Source: Candidatus Limnocylindrales bacterium
Lineage (GTDB): Bacteria; Chloroflexota; Limnocylindria; Limnocylindrales; CSP1-4
DNA length: 54,326 nucleotides
Direction of reading: 5' to 3'
Assembly (NCBI GenBank): GCA_046595595.1
Contig: JBKJOK010000184.1
Location: 1 to 54,326, forward strand
This document shows positions 46,181-54,326 of the stretch, in pieces (position 1 is the stretch's first letter; every line of letters begins with the position of its first letter). The position numbers were made by a program, and so were the translations under genes. The notes beneath the pieces are model-generated. The model was not told the DNA's origin. It made no database searches and saw only the letters and a program-made list of their open reading frames with translations.

Positions 46181-47295
46181 CGGCCCCGTCGACCCGGCCG
46201 ATCCGCCGCAAAGGCGGCCGGCCGCGACCCGGCACGGACACCGACCCCTCCGCCGCCGCGGCCGCCCGGGCGCGGCGACCGCGGACCGAGGGTGACGATC
46301 GGCCGCGCGCTCCGATCCGGACCCGCGGCCTGACCAAGGAATACGGTGACCTCGTCGCGGTGGACCACCTCGATCTCGAGGTTCAGGCGGGCGAGATCTT
46401 CGGGCTGCTCGGCCAGAACGGGGCCGGCAAGACGACGACGATCCTGATGCTTCTCGGCCTGGCCGAACCGACCGCCGGCCAGGCCCGGGTCGTCGGGCTG
46501 GATCCTGCCCGGCATCCGCTCGAGGTCAAGCGCCGGGTCGGCTACCTGCCCGACGCCGTCGGGTTCTATGCCGACATGACCGGTCGCGACAACCTCCGCT
46601 ACACGGCCCGCCTGAACCGGATCCCGCGGGACGAGGCCGAGCCCGCGATCGACGAGGCCCTCGAGCAGGTCGGGCTGGCCGCCCGGGCCGACTCGAAGAC
46701 CGACACGTACTCGCGGGGCATGCTCCAGCGCCTCGGCATCGCCGATGCCCTGATCAAGGATCCGGATGTCCTCATCCTCGACGAGCCGACGACCGCGATC
46801 GATCCGCTCGGGGTCAAGGAGATCCTCGACCTCCTGCGCTCGCTCGTGACCGAACGCCAGATGGCAATCCTTCTCTCGAGCCACCTCCTCAACCAGGTCC
46901 AGTCGGTCTGCGACCGGATCGGGATCTTCGCTGCGGGCCGCCTGATCGGGCAGGGCACGATGTCCGAACTCGCTCACCGGTTCGGCGACGACCTGGCTCA
47001 CGTCGAGGCCGAGTTCGAGACGACCGACGAGGCCGGGGTCGCCCGCGTCCGCGAGGTCCTGGCCGGCATCCCCGGCGTCGTGGACGTCGCGTCGCCGACG
47101 AAGCCCGACGGGGCCTGGCTGGCGTCGGTCAGCCCGGTCGGCGAGGAGACCCGCGTCCGCCGCACCATCCTTGCCGCGGCCGCTTCGACGGGGCTCGACC
47201 TCACGTCGGTTCGCTCGGTGCCGCCGTCACTTGACGACATCTACCGACGGGCCGTCGAGCGGGCCGCCCACGGCCACGCCCGGGACGTCCGATGA
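46177..47295 (+). CDS. ABC transporter ATP-binding protein
   Basis: GQNGAGKTTT, YSRGMLQRLGIA, LILDEPTTAIDP. ATGA overlap with the upstream gene. ATG 46177 within ORF 45889..47295. Confidence 0.9.
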   Translation: MTAPSTRPIRRKGGRPRPGTDTDPSAAAAARARRPRTEGDDRPRAPIRTRGLTKEYGDLVAVDHLDLEVQAGEIFGLLGQNGAGKTTTILMLLGLAEPTAGQARVVGLDPARHPLEVKRRVGYLPDAVGFYADMTGRDNLRYTARLNRIPRDEAEPAIDEALEQVGLAARADSKTDTYSRGMLQRLGIADALIKDPDVLILDEPTTAIDPLGVKEILDLLRSLVTERQMAILLSSHLLNQVQSVCDRIGIFAAGRLIGQGTMSELAHRFGDDLAHVEAEFETTDEAGVARVREVLAGIPGVVDVASPTKPDGAWLASVSPVGEETRVRRTILAAAASTGLDLTSVRSVPPSLDDIYRRAVERAAHGHARDVR

Positions 47296-48416
47296 CCGCC
47301 GATAGCACGCCGCTCCCCGTCGGTCCCGCCGCGGACCCGGCGCCCGATCCGGCCCCCGCTCCCGCGAAGCCCGCCCGTCGCCGTGACGCTGGCGCCACGC
47401 CGTCCCGGCGCGAGCGATCCGTGCCGCACGCCGGCTGGATGGTCGTTTCCGGCAAGGAGTTTGCAGACCACCTCCGCTCGGCCCGGTTCGGCGTCCTGCT
47501 CGTCCTGCTCGGTCTGGCCGCCCTGATCCCGATGTACTTCGCCGCCGACGCGATCCGGAACGTCGGCTCGCAGATCACCGGCCAATCGTCGATCTTCCTG
47601 TTCCTGTTCACGATCGCGCCACGGGTCGGCGAGGCCGCCGGAGCCGCCGCCGGCACGACCGGGACGCAGCTGCCCAGCTCGTGGGAGTTCATCGCCATCG
47701 TCGGCCCGCTGCTCGGCCTCGCGTTCGCGTTCGACGCCGTCAACGGCGAGCGCTCGGGCGGAACGCTGCCGCGCCTCCTGTCCCAGCCGATCTATCGCGA
47801 CGACGTGATCAACGGCAAGTTCGCCGCCGGGCTGGCCGTGATCGGGCTGGTCCTGACCTGCATCATCGGCGTGATCGCCGCGTTCGGGATCATCCGCCTC
47901 GGCATCGTCCCGAGCGCCGAGGAGATCCTGCGGATCACGTTCTGGCTGATCGTCACGTTCCTGTATATCGCGCTGTGGCTCGCGTTCGGGCTGCTCCTGT
48001 CGGTCGTGATCCGGCGGGCGGCGACGTCCGCGCTGGTCGCGTTCGGGACGTGGCTGCTCCTGACGTTCTTCGGCGGCCTGATCACCCAGGTCATCAACGG
48101 CATTCTCGCTCCGGTCAGCGGCACGCTCGCGGAGCAGGCCCGGAACCTGTCGCTCCAGCAGACGATCACCCGACTCCTGCCCGACACCCTCTACCGGGAG
48201 GCGTCGCTGGCGATCCTGAACCCGCAGGTCTCGGCGGTCTCGAACCCGGCCACGATCGGTGGCTACCAGCAGGCGGCCGAGCGGATCCCGTCGCTCCAGT
48301 CGTTCGACCAGAGCATCCTCCTCGTCTGGCCGCACATGGTCACGATGCTGGCGATCGCGATCGCCTTCTTCGCGATCGGGTATGTCCGCTTCATGCGCCA
48401 AGAGGTGCGTGCGTAG
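47292..48416 (+). CDS. ABC-2 family transporter permease (NosY/COG1277-like)
   Basis: ATGA overlap with the ATPase gene. About 6 TM segments after a Pro/Ala-rich N-terminus. Confidence 0.8.
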   Translation: MTADSTPLPVGPAADPAPDPAPAPAKPARRRDAGATPSRRERSVPHAGWMVVSGKEFADHLRSARFGVLLVLLGLAALIPMYFAADAIRNVGSQITGQSSIFLFLFTIAPRVGEAAGAAAGTTGTQLPSSWEFIAIVGPLLGLAFAFDAVNGERSGGTLPRLLSQPIYRDDVINGKFAAGLAVIGLVLTCIIGVIAAFGIIRLGIVPSAEEILRITFWLIVTFLYIALWLAFGLLLSVVIRRAATSALVAFGTWLLLTFFGGLITQVINGILAPVSGTLAEQARNLSLQQTITRLLPDTLYREASLAILNPQVSAVSNPATIGGYQQAAERIPSLQSFDQSILLVWPHMVTMLAIAIAFFAIGYVRFMRQEVRA

Positions 48417-48476
48417 CGTGACCGCGAATCGTCGCCCGAACGCCCGGTGCGCAGTCGGTGGCGCCGGGCCGCGGGG

Positions 48477-48639
48477 TGCGCGCCAGGTGAGCGTTACGGC
48501 GGACGGCAAGCGGTGGAGCCCCGGATTTCTCGTTGTCGATCGCCAACGTGCGCGTGACGCGCGCGGAACGGCGGGTGGGGAACTCGCTGGTGCCTGTCGA
48601 GCGCGTCCCGAACGTCGTAACGCGCGCTGGGCGAGCATC
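48477..48639. repeat. second ~160-bp element with terminal inverted repeats homologous to those of 44171-44330
   Basis: Left end is TGCGCGCCAGGTGAGCGTTACGGCGGACGG. The reverse complement of the right end is GATGCTCGCCCAGCGCGCGTTACGACGTTCGGGACGCGC. The central palindrome is GCGCGTGACGCGC. Confidence 0.6.
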
Positions 48640-48688
48640 GCGCGTCCAGCGAAAGACGCGGATGGCATGGTCATGCTGGAATGTCGCC

Positions 48689-49378
48689 ATGAACAGCGAT
48701 GAAGATGAGGGGCACCCGGCGCCGTTGTCGGGATGCGCCTGCGCGATCGGCAATGAGTTCGGCGAGCGGCAGGCACGTCGGGACCAGAAAGCGTACCGCA
48801 GGAATGGGCCGGCGAAGACGACGGCCTGGCTGATCGACGGGCTGGCCGAGGGCGGCGTCGCCGGGCTGACTGTGCTCGACATCGGCGCCGGCGTTGGCGC
48901 CGTCCATCTCGGGCTGCTGGCGGCGGGAGCGGCTTCCGCGATCGACGTCGACGGGTCGCCCGCGTACGTCGCGGTCGCCCGCGAAGAGGCCGAGAAATCG
49001 TGGCGCGGCGTCGACGTCCGGTACGAGACCGGTGACTTCGTGGACATCGCGCCCCATCTCGAGGCCGCGGACCTCGTCGCCCTCGACCGCGTCGTCTGCT
49101 GCTATCCCGACATGGACGCCCTCGTCCGGCGGTCGGTCGCCCTGGCTCGCCGCCGGTATGGGCTCGTCTACCCCCGCAACACGTGGTGGATCCGGGCGGC
49201 GAGCGGGTCGCTGAACGCGGTCAGCCGCCTGTTTCGGCAGCGGTTCCGGATCTGGATCCACTCCATCGCCGACGTCGACGCGATCGTCCGGGCTGCCGGC
49301 TTCACGCCGCGACTCGAGCGCTCGGAGATCTTCTGGCAGGTGGTCGTCTACGAGCGAGTCGATCAGCGCGGCGGGTAG
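48689..49378 (+). CDS. class I SAM-dependent methyltransferase
   Basis: Motif I is VLDIGAGVGAVHL. An acidic-loop D follows, with downstream DLVALDRVVCCYPD. Start at ATG 48689 (48662 is an alternative) within ORF 48533..49378. Confidence 0.65.
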   Translation: MNSDEDEGHPAPLSGCACAIGNEFGERQARRDQKAYRRNGPAKTTAWLIDGLAEGGVAGLTVLDIGAGVGAVHLGLLAAGAASAIDVDGSPAYVAVAREEAEKSWRGVDVRYETGDFVDIAPHLEAADLVALDRVVCCYPDMDALVRRSVALARRRYGLVYPRNTWWIRAASGSLNAVSRLFRQRFRIWIHSIADVDAIVRAAGFTPRLERSEIFWQVVVYERVDQRGG

Positions 49379-50922
49379 CCCGTGATCGCCATGATCTCCT
49401 CGTACAGCGGCTTCAGGCGGTCGTACATCCGCTTGTAGACGCGGCGATAGAGCTGGTCGTACAGACGGTGGCGCTCGGGGTCGGGGTCGAGCGTCTCGGC
49501 CAGGCGGGTCATCTCGGTGACCGCGACGTCGATCGACGAATGCAGCCCGAGCCCGACCGCCGCATCGATCGCGGCCCCGAGGCCCGACGTCTCGTGGGTG
49601 TGGGGCCGGCCCGTCGGCAGGCCGAAGATGTCGGCGGTCAACTGGACCGCGGCAGGGGACTGGGCGCCGCCGCCCGACACTCGCAGCTCGCGGAGGGGCA
49701 CCTTCGCCCGGCCCGCCGCGCGCTCGCCGCCCTCGCGCAGGGCGTAGGCGAGGCCCTCCAAAATCGCCCGGTAGAGGTGGGCCCGGGTATGGACGTCGCC
49801 GAAGCCGATCATCGCGCCCTTCGCCTCGGGGCCGGGCACGCGAACTCCCGGCGTCCACGTCGGCTGGAGCATCAGGCCCATCGAGCCTGGCGGGGTCGCC
49901 CGAACGAGATCGTCGAACAGCGCCTCCGCCGCGATCCCGAGCGCGTCGGCCTGGGCGACCTCGGCGGCGCCGAACTGGCGCTTGAACCAATCCACCAGCC
50001 AGTAGCCGCGGTAGACCTGGACCTCGAGGCTCCACGCGCCGGGGACCGCGGCCGGGTACGGCGGAACGAGCGGGATCGCCTCCACGTAGCGGCGCTGGGT
50101 CGTATTGATCGTGGCGGTCGTGCCGTACGACAGCGACCCGATGTGCGGCTCAAGCGCGCCCGAGCCGAGGACCTCGCAGGCCTTGTCGGCCGCGGCCGAG
50201 ATGACCGGCGTGCCGGCCGGCAGCCCGACGACCGCGGCGGCGTCGGCCGTCAGGTCGCCGAGCCGGCCGCCTGGCGCGATCAGCTCGGGCAGCCAGGCCG
50301 GGTCGATCGGGGCGGCCGTCCAGCGCCAGTCGCCGGTCTTCGCCCAGGCAAGGCGCTTGTAGTCGAACGGCAGATAGCCGACCTGGGCGGCCACCGAGTC
50401 GACGAACCGCCCCGTCAGGCGATGGGTGAGATAACCGCTCAGGAGGAGGTAGTGCCGGATCCGGCCGAAGAGCCCCGGCTCGTTGGCACGGAGCCAGTTG
50501 GCCTCGCAGTCGGCCTGGAACGCGGCCACGGTCCGGCGGACGCCGAGGGCGCGGAACGCGAGGCCGTTGACCCCGCCGATCGGCGCCACGTCCTCGGCTC
50601 GACGCTGGTCCAGCCAGACGATCGCGGGGCGGAGCGGGGTGCCGGCCTCGTCGGTCACGACGATCGTGGCCCGCTGGGTCGTGAGGGCGACGCCCGCGAT
50701 CGCGTCGCGTCGCGCCACGCCGCCGGCCCACAGCGCGGCGCACGCCTCGCCGATCGCGCGCCAGTAGAGCTCGGCGTCCTGCTCGGCCCAGCCGGGCTGC
50801 GGCGACACGTACGGTTCGATCGGGATCCGGCTGTGGGCGACGAGCGTCCCGCGCGGATCGAAGACGAGCGCCCGAACCGACTGCGTGCCGACGTCGAGGG
50901 CGAGGACCTGATCGGCCGTCAC
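49363..50922 (-). CDS. FGGY-family carbohydrate kinase
   Basis: LALDVGTQSVRALVFD...GWAEQD... at the N-terminus, and ...SGGGAQS... in the C-terminal FGGY motif. The GTG start overlaps the upstream stop (GTGA). Confidence 0.85.
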   Translation of the reverse strand: MTADQVLALDVGTQSVRALVFDPRGTLVAHSRIPIEPYVSPQPGWAEQDAELYWRAIGEACAALWAGGVARRDAIAGVALTTQRATIVVTDEAGTPLRPAIVWLDQRRAEDVAPIGGVNGLAFRALGVRRTVAAFQADCEANWLRANEPGLFGRIRHYLLLSGYLTHRLTGRFVDSVAAQVGYLPFDYKRLAWAKTGDWRWTAAPIDPAWLPELIAPGGRLGDLTADAAAVVGLPAGTPVISAAADKACEVLGSGALEPHIGSLSYGTTATINTTQRRYVEAIPLVPPYPAAVPGAWSLEVQVYRGYWLVDWFKRQFGAAEVAQADALGIAAEALFDDLVRATPPGSMGLMLQPTWTPGVRVPGPEAKGAMIGFGDVHTRAHLYRAILEGLAYALREGGERAAGRAKVPLRELRVSGGGAQSPAAVQLTADIFGLPTGRPHTHETSGLGAAIDAAVGLGLHSSIDVAVTEMTRLAETLDPDPERHRLYDQLYRRVYKRMYDRLKPLYEEIMAITGYPPR

Positions 50923-52574
50923 GGCGCACCGCCCCCGTCGGCGGCCCCGAGCAACACGCCGCGGTTCAGGAGCCCGTCCGGATCGAGCCGCCGGGCGACA
51001 TCGCCGAGCACCGCCAGCCCGAGCTCACCCTTCTCGGCAGCCAGCCACGGCCGGTGGTCGCGCCCGACGCCGTGCTGATGGCTGATCGTGCCGCCGTGGG
51101 CCACGATCGCGTCGCTCGCCGCCGTCTTCAGGCGCCGCCAGCGCTCGAGCGTCTCGTCGGGGTCGGGTGCGAGCCGGAAGACGTACGTCGCGTACAGGCT
51201 CGAGCCGCTCGGGTAGACGTGCGACAGGTGGCTGAACGCATGGACGCGCTCGCCGTCGAAGTCGGCCTCGAGGCCGTGGCGGAGCGCCCGTCCCACGGCC
51301 GCCGCGAGCTCCGGCAAACGCCGCCAATCGACCGACGTCTCGAGAGTGTCGATCGCGTAGCCCAGATCCCACAGCGCGTCGCGCAGGTCGGGCGTCCGGA
51401 AGCGGTTGCGGAGCCACTGCCGGCCGAGCGAGCCGCCGACGCCGGTTCCGCCGTGGCGCCGGACGATCGAGCCGACCTCGCGGACCGCGAGTTCCACGAG
51501 CTTCTCCGGGCCGGACGCGGCGACGAGCAGGAGGCACCGCTCGGGGCCGATCTTCCGGAAGCCGAGATAGGCGCGCAGGGCCCGGACCCCGCGGCTCTCG
51601 CCGGCGAGGGCCAGCAGCGTCGCGGTCTCGAGCGGCGTGGACAGTCGGACCATCGACAGGGGCAGGCCGGCCCGGGCGATCGCACGGGCCGCCTCGAGGG
51701 CGCGCGGCCAGTCCGGCAGGAACCACGACGGGACGGCCTCGGTCCGTGGCTTCGGCATGACCCGGACCGTCGCCTCGGTGACGATCCCGAAGCGGCCCTC
51801 CGAGCCGAGGACGAGCTGACGCAGGTCGGGTCCGACGGCCGACGCGGGGTGAGTCGGCAGGTCCAGGGTGCCTGCCGGCGCCTCAAGCCGCCCGCCGGCG
51901 AACAACGCCTCGATCCGCCCGAACCCGATCGATTGCTGGCCGGCCGAGCGCGCGGCGACCCAGCCACCGAGTGTCGAGCGTTCCCAGGACTGCGGGAAGT
52001 GCCCAAGGGTCAGGCCGTGCGGCGCAAGTGCTGCCTCGACGTCCGGCCCAAGCGTCCCGGCCCCGAACGTCGCGAGTCCGCTCCGCTCGTCGAGATCGTG
52101 CAACCCGGTCAGCGCGTCCATCGCGATCGTGATGACCGGCCGGTCGTCGTCGGGATCGGGCGTCACGCCGCCGACCACGCTCGTCCCGCCGCCGTACGGG
52201 ATGAGGCCGGCCCCTCGCTCCCTCGCCAGGTCGAACAGCTCGCGAACCGCGGCCACGTCGGGCGGTCGAGCCACCGCGTCGGGCACGCGGGCCAGCCGCC
52301 CGCTCCGGAGCGCGAGCCAGTCGGGCAGGCTCTGGCCGCGGGCGTGGCGGATGCGATCGACCGGATCGATCGACAGGCGGCCGTCCCCGGCGTCATCGGC
52401 CAGCGGCGACGTCGGCAGCCCCGCGACCACGTCCTCGAGCCGCGCATCCGGGCTCGGCCGCCCCGGCCCGATCTCCGCTTCGAGCATCCGCAGGGCCGCG
52501 TCCGTCACGTGCGGCGGCGCGGCCCCCTCGTCGATCCATCCGTTCCATCGCCGCACGCCCATCGTACGAACCAT
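50919..52574 (-). CDS. FAD-linked oxidase (alkyl-DHAP-synthase / glycolate-oxidase-like, PCMH fold)
   Basis: RRWNGW N-terminal box. FAD-binding region LIPYGGGTSVVGG. C-terminal ...HLSHVYPSGSSLY...GGTISHQHGVG. Confidence 0.85.
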   Translation of the reverse strand: MVRTMGVRRWNGWIDEGAAPPHVTDAALRMLEAEIGPGRPSPDARLEDVVAGLPTSPLADDAGDGRLSIDPVDRIRHARGQSLPDWLALRSGRLARVPDAVARPPDVAAVRELFDLARERGAGLIPYGGGTSVVGGVTPDPDDDRPVITIAMDALTGLHDLDERSGLATFGAGTLGPDVEAALAPHGLTLGHFPQSWERSTLGGWVAARSAGQQSIGFGRIEALFAGGRLEAPAGTLDLPTHPASAVGPDLRQLVLGSEGRFGIVTEATVRVMPKPRTEAVPSWFLPDWPRALEAARAIARAGLPLSMVRLSTPLETATLLALAGESRGVRALRAYLGFRKIGPERCLLLVAASGPEKLVELAVREVGSIVRRHGGTGVGGSLGRQWLRNRFRTPDLRDALWDLGYAIDTLETSVDWRRLPELAAAVGRALRHGLEADFDGERVHAFSHLSHVYPSGSSLYATYVFRLAPDPDETLERWRRLKTAASDAIVAHGGTISHQHGVGRDHRPWLAAEKGELGLAVLGDVARRLDPDGLLNRGVLLGAADGGGAP

Positions 52575-52675
52575 GGTGCCCGATCCGCGAGACCGGGTGA
52601 CGGACGACGAACAGCCGCGACGGTGGTCTGATCACTCTGCCCGCCGGCGCGGCCCGCCGGCGCGGCCCGCCTACG

Positions 52676-53407
52676 TTAGAACGGCGGCCAGGGGATCGCC
52701 GGCCAGTCGGCGCGCGGGAGCGGAAAGCGACGCGTCTCAAGCAGCGCGTCCACCCGCCGCCGGGTGGCCGCGATCTCGCCCCGCGACAACAGCCCGGCAA
52801 GGTCCCGGGCGAGCTCGCCACGCAGGGCCGTGCCGAGACGCGCCAGGCCGTCCAGCTCGTCGGGGGCCAATGCTTGTCCCCGCCAGGCCCAGAGCACGGT
52901 CCGGAGCTTCGGCTCCATCGAGAAGGTCACGCCGTGGTCGACGCCGAAGATGCGGCCGTCGCTCGTCGGCAGGAGGTGGCCCCCCTTGCGGTCGGTGTTG
53001 TTGAGCGCGGCGTCGAACACGGCGATCCGGCGCAGGCGCGGATCGGACTCGACGACCATCGCGACCACGTCCACCGCCGGGTCGACGTCGATCCAGAGCT
53101 GGAGCGATCCGTCGCCGAACGGCCCGTCGCGCCGGATCGTGGGCGGCACGATTCCCCAGCCGATCGCCTCGCTCGCCAGGTACGCCGCAACCTCGCGGTG
53201 CGACAGTGTCTCGGCCGGGAAGTCGTCGAGGGGCCGCTCGCCGGCCGTCGGCTTGTAGACGGCCTCGACGACGACCGGCTCCTCGGGCGGCGGGCAGGGC
53301 CGGCGAACCCGGCACAGCATCGCGTGGTTCGACGAGCCCATCAGCCGCCCGACGAGCTCGATCTCGCCCTCGCGCAGGACGTCAAGGGTCGTCGCCGGGT
53401 CCATCAT
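52676..53407 (-). CDS. SCO1664-family protein (PI3/4-kinase-like fold, actinobacterial conserved hypothetical)
   Basis: GRLMGSSNHAMLC...AVYKPTAGERPLDDFP...LSHREVAAY...FDAALNNTDRKGGHLL...GVDHGVTF has a kinase-like DxxxxN/D pattern. Confidence 0.75.
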   Translation of the reverse strand: MMDPATTLDVLREGEIELVGRLMGSSNHAMLCRVRRPCPPPEEPVVVEAVYKPTAGERPLDDFPAETLSHREVAAYLASEAIGWGIVPPTIRRDGPFGDGSLQLWIDVDPAVDVVAMVVESDPRLRRIAVFDAALNNTDRKGGHLLPTSDGRIFGVDHGVTFSMEPKLRTVLWAWRGQALAPDELDGLARLGTALRGELARDLAGLLSRGEIAATRRRVDALLETRRFPLPRADWPAIPWPPF

Positions 53408-53426
53408 CGGGCGGGGCGGGCCGGGA

Positions 53427-54098
53427 TCAGTTGACGTAGTGGCCGTTGCGGCGCGGGCAGATGTGACCCTGCGGATCGAGCGGCTGGCCGCACAACGGAC
53501 AGGGCAGGCGTCCGGCCGACACGACCTCGAGAGCCCGGTTCACGAACTCGCGGGCGACCTCCGCGGTCAGGCGGACACGGAGGATGTCGGGACCGTCGTC
53601 GTCGTCCTCGTCGATGCCCTCGAAGGCCGCGAGCAGCTCGCCGGCCGTCGAGCCGGCCAGGCCCTCGACGCTGGACAGGTCGATGACGTCCTCATCGTCC
53701 TCCTCCTCATCGTCGTCATCGTCCTCGTCGGTCTCACCGAGGTGGATGTGCTCGTCCTCGTCGGTCTCGGCGCGCGCCTCGACGAGGATCTGCTCCGTGT
53801 CCCCGTCCCAGCCGAGGGTCAGGGTCGTGGCCCGGAAGGTCTCGTTGATCGGCTCGTCGAGGGGCCCCGTGTCGGTCATCACGCCCTCGGCGGCCGCCGT
53901 GACGCCGCGGGCCTCGAGCTCGTCGAGGAGGACCCCGAGACGTTCGGCGAGGACGGCGACCTGGACCTTCTCGAGCACGACCGACACGATCTGGCCGGCC
54001 CGTCGGGCCTGGAGGAAGAACGTCCGGTTGCCGGGCTGGCCAACCGTGCCGGCGATGAAGCGATCAGGTGGGTCGAAGGAGAAGAGTCGTCGGGGCAT
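53427..54098 (-). CDS. DUF3090-family protein with a poly-acidic insertion and a C-terminal zinc ribbon
   Basis: FDPPDRFIAGTVGQPGNRTFFLQAR...VLEKVQVAVLAERL... and CPLCGQPLDPQGHICPRRNGH. ATG 54098 within ORF 53427..54224. Confidence 0.8.
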   Translation of the reverse strand: MPRRLFSFDPPDRFIAGTVGQPGNRTFFLQARRAGQIVSVVLEKVQVAVLAERLGVLLDELEARGVTAAAEGVMTDTGPLDEPINETFRATTLTLGWDGDTEQILVEARAETDEDEHIHLGETDEDDDDDEEEDDEDVIDLSSVEGLAGSTAGELLAAFEGIDEDDDDGPDILRVRLTAEVAREFVNRALEVVSAGRLPCPLCGQPLDPQGHICPRRNGHYVN

Positions 54099-54141
54099 CG
54101 AGGGACAATAGCCTGAGATCGGTCGGCGCGCCGCGGGCACC

Positions 54142-54326
54142 CTACCCGACGGACACCTCGATCGCGTGGTTGCCGCGGGCACCATCCGGGGCCGGCAGGG
54201 TCCGCTCGGCGGTCTGGACCGCACCCGTGCCGTCGGTCGCGCGGACCGTGATCGTGTGGTTGCCCGCCGGTGCGTCCCACGCGACGAGCCACTGGACCCA
54301 GGTCGCGTCCGAGATCGGAGTCGTGA
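54142..54326 (-). CDS. C-terminal fragment of a molybdopterin-dependent (sulfite-oxidase-like) oxidoreductase; the gene starts beyond the window end
   Basis: Hand translation gives ..TTPISDATWVQWLVAWDAPAGNHTITVRATDGTGAVQTAERTLPAPDGARGNHAIEVSVG*. It resembles the Ig-like dimerisation-domain tail W..W.A..G.H.l.VRA.D..G..Q. Confidence 0.5.
   Translation of the reverse strand, partial: TTPISDATWVQWLVAWDAPAGNHTITVRATDGTGAVQTAERTLPAPDGARGNHAIEVSVG

Noticed and set aside
53691-53740. GTC/CTC-rich low-complexity DNA as a possible tandem repeat.
   Set aside because: It encodes the Asp/Glu tract of DUF3090. The codon pattern is irregular and is not a true unit repeat.

Overview
Very GC-rich chromosomal segment (roughly 70% GC by eye, not computed). 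Third-codon-position GC is strong and SD sites are GGAGG-type. Marker genes of Actinobacteria-type lineages are present (DUF3090/SCO1664 pair, homodimeric AceE, class A PBP, bacterial TopIB). I support 49 protein-coding regions, two of them truncated by the window edges. I found no tRNA, rRNA, CRISPR array, integrase, transposase or prophage gene. Content from left to right: (1) housekeeping and envelope genes: an orphan OmpR regulator, aceE, a GT4 glycosyltransferase, an ABC-2 exporter, and TopIB with a coupled membrane protein. (2) A general-stress-like island at 12.3-22.4 kb with CsbD, a tail-anchored protein, SRPBCC, GlsB/YmgE, a Met-rich lipoprotein and corA, flanked by two paralogous receiver-less cytoplasmic PAS/GAF histidine kinases. 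(3) PBP1A with an AI-2E transporter, FTR1 with SIMPL, a PQQ dehydrogenase, cupin, DUF72 and a MarR/YceI pair. (4) An amino-acid-derivative cluster: class V aminotransferase, DDAH-like amidinotransferase, M20 deacylase and MFS. (5) An unknown 451-aa protein in tandem with an 1181-aa Cas4-like nuclease / RNase-H-fold exonuclease / Upf1-like helicase fusion. (6) DUF1992, a class III aminotransferase, a zinc-ribbon miniprotein and a NEW3-domain protein with an ABC-2 transporter. (7) A methyltransferase, FGGY kinase with FAD oxidase, and the SCO1664/DUF3090 pair. The best candidates for something undescribed are the unknown-protein plus nuclease-exonuclease-helicase module and a repeat family I could read directly. 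That family has two ~160-bp elements with homologous ~35-bp terminal inverted repeats (44171-44330 and 48477-48639). Terminus-like copies also fill otherwise empty spacers such as 6949-7257. A 41-codon ORF with an SD site, translationally coupled to corA, is a further candidate. All family assignments come from motif recognition by eye, with no HMM or BLAST search, so exact starts and family names need computational confirmation.
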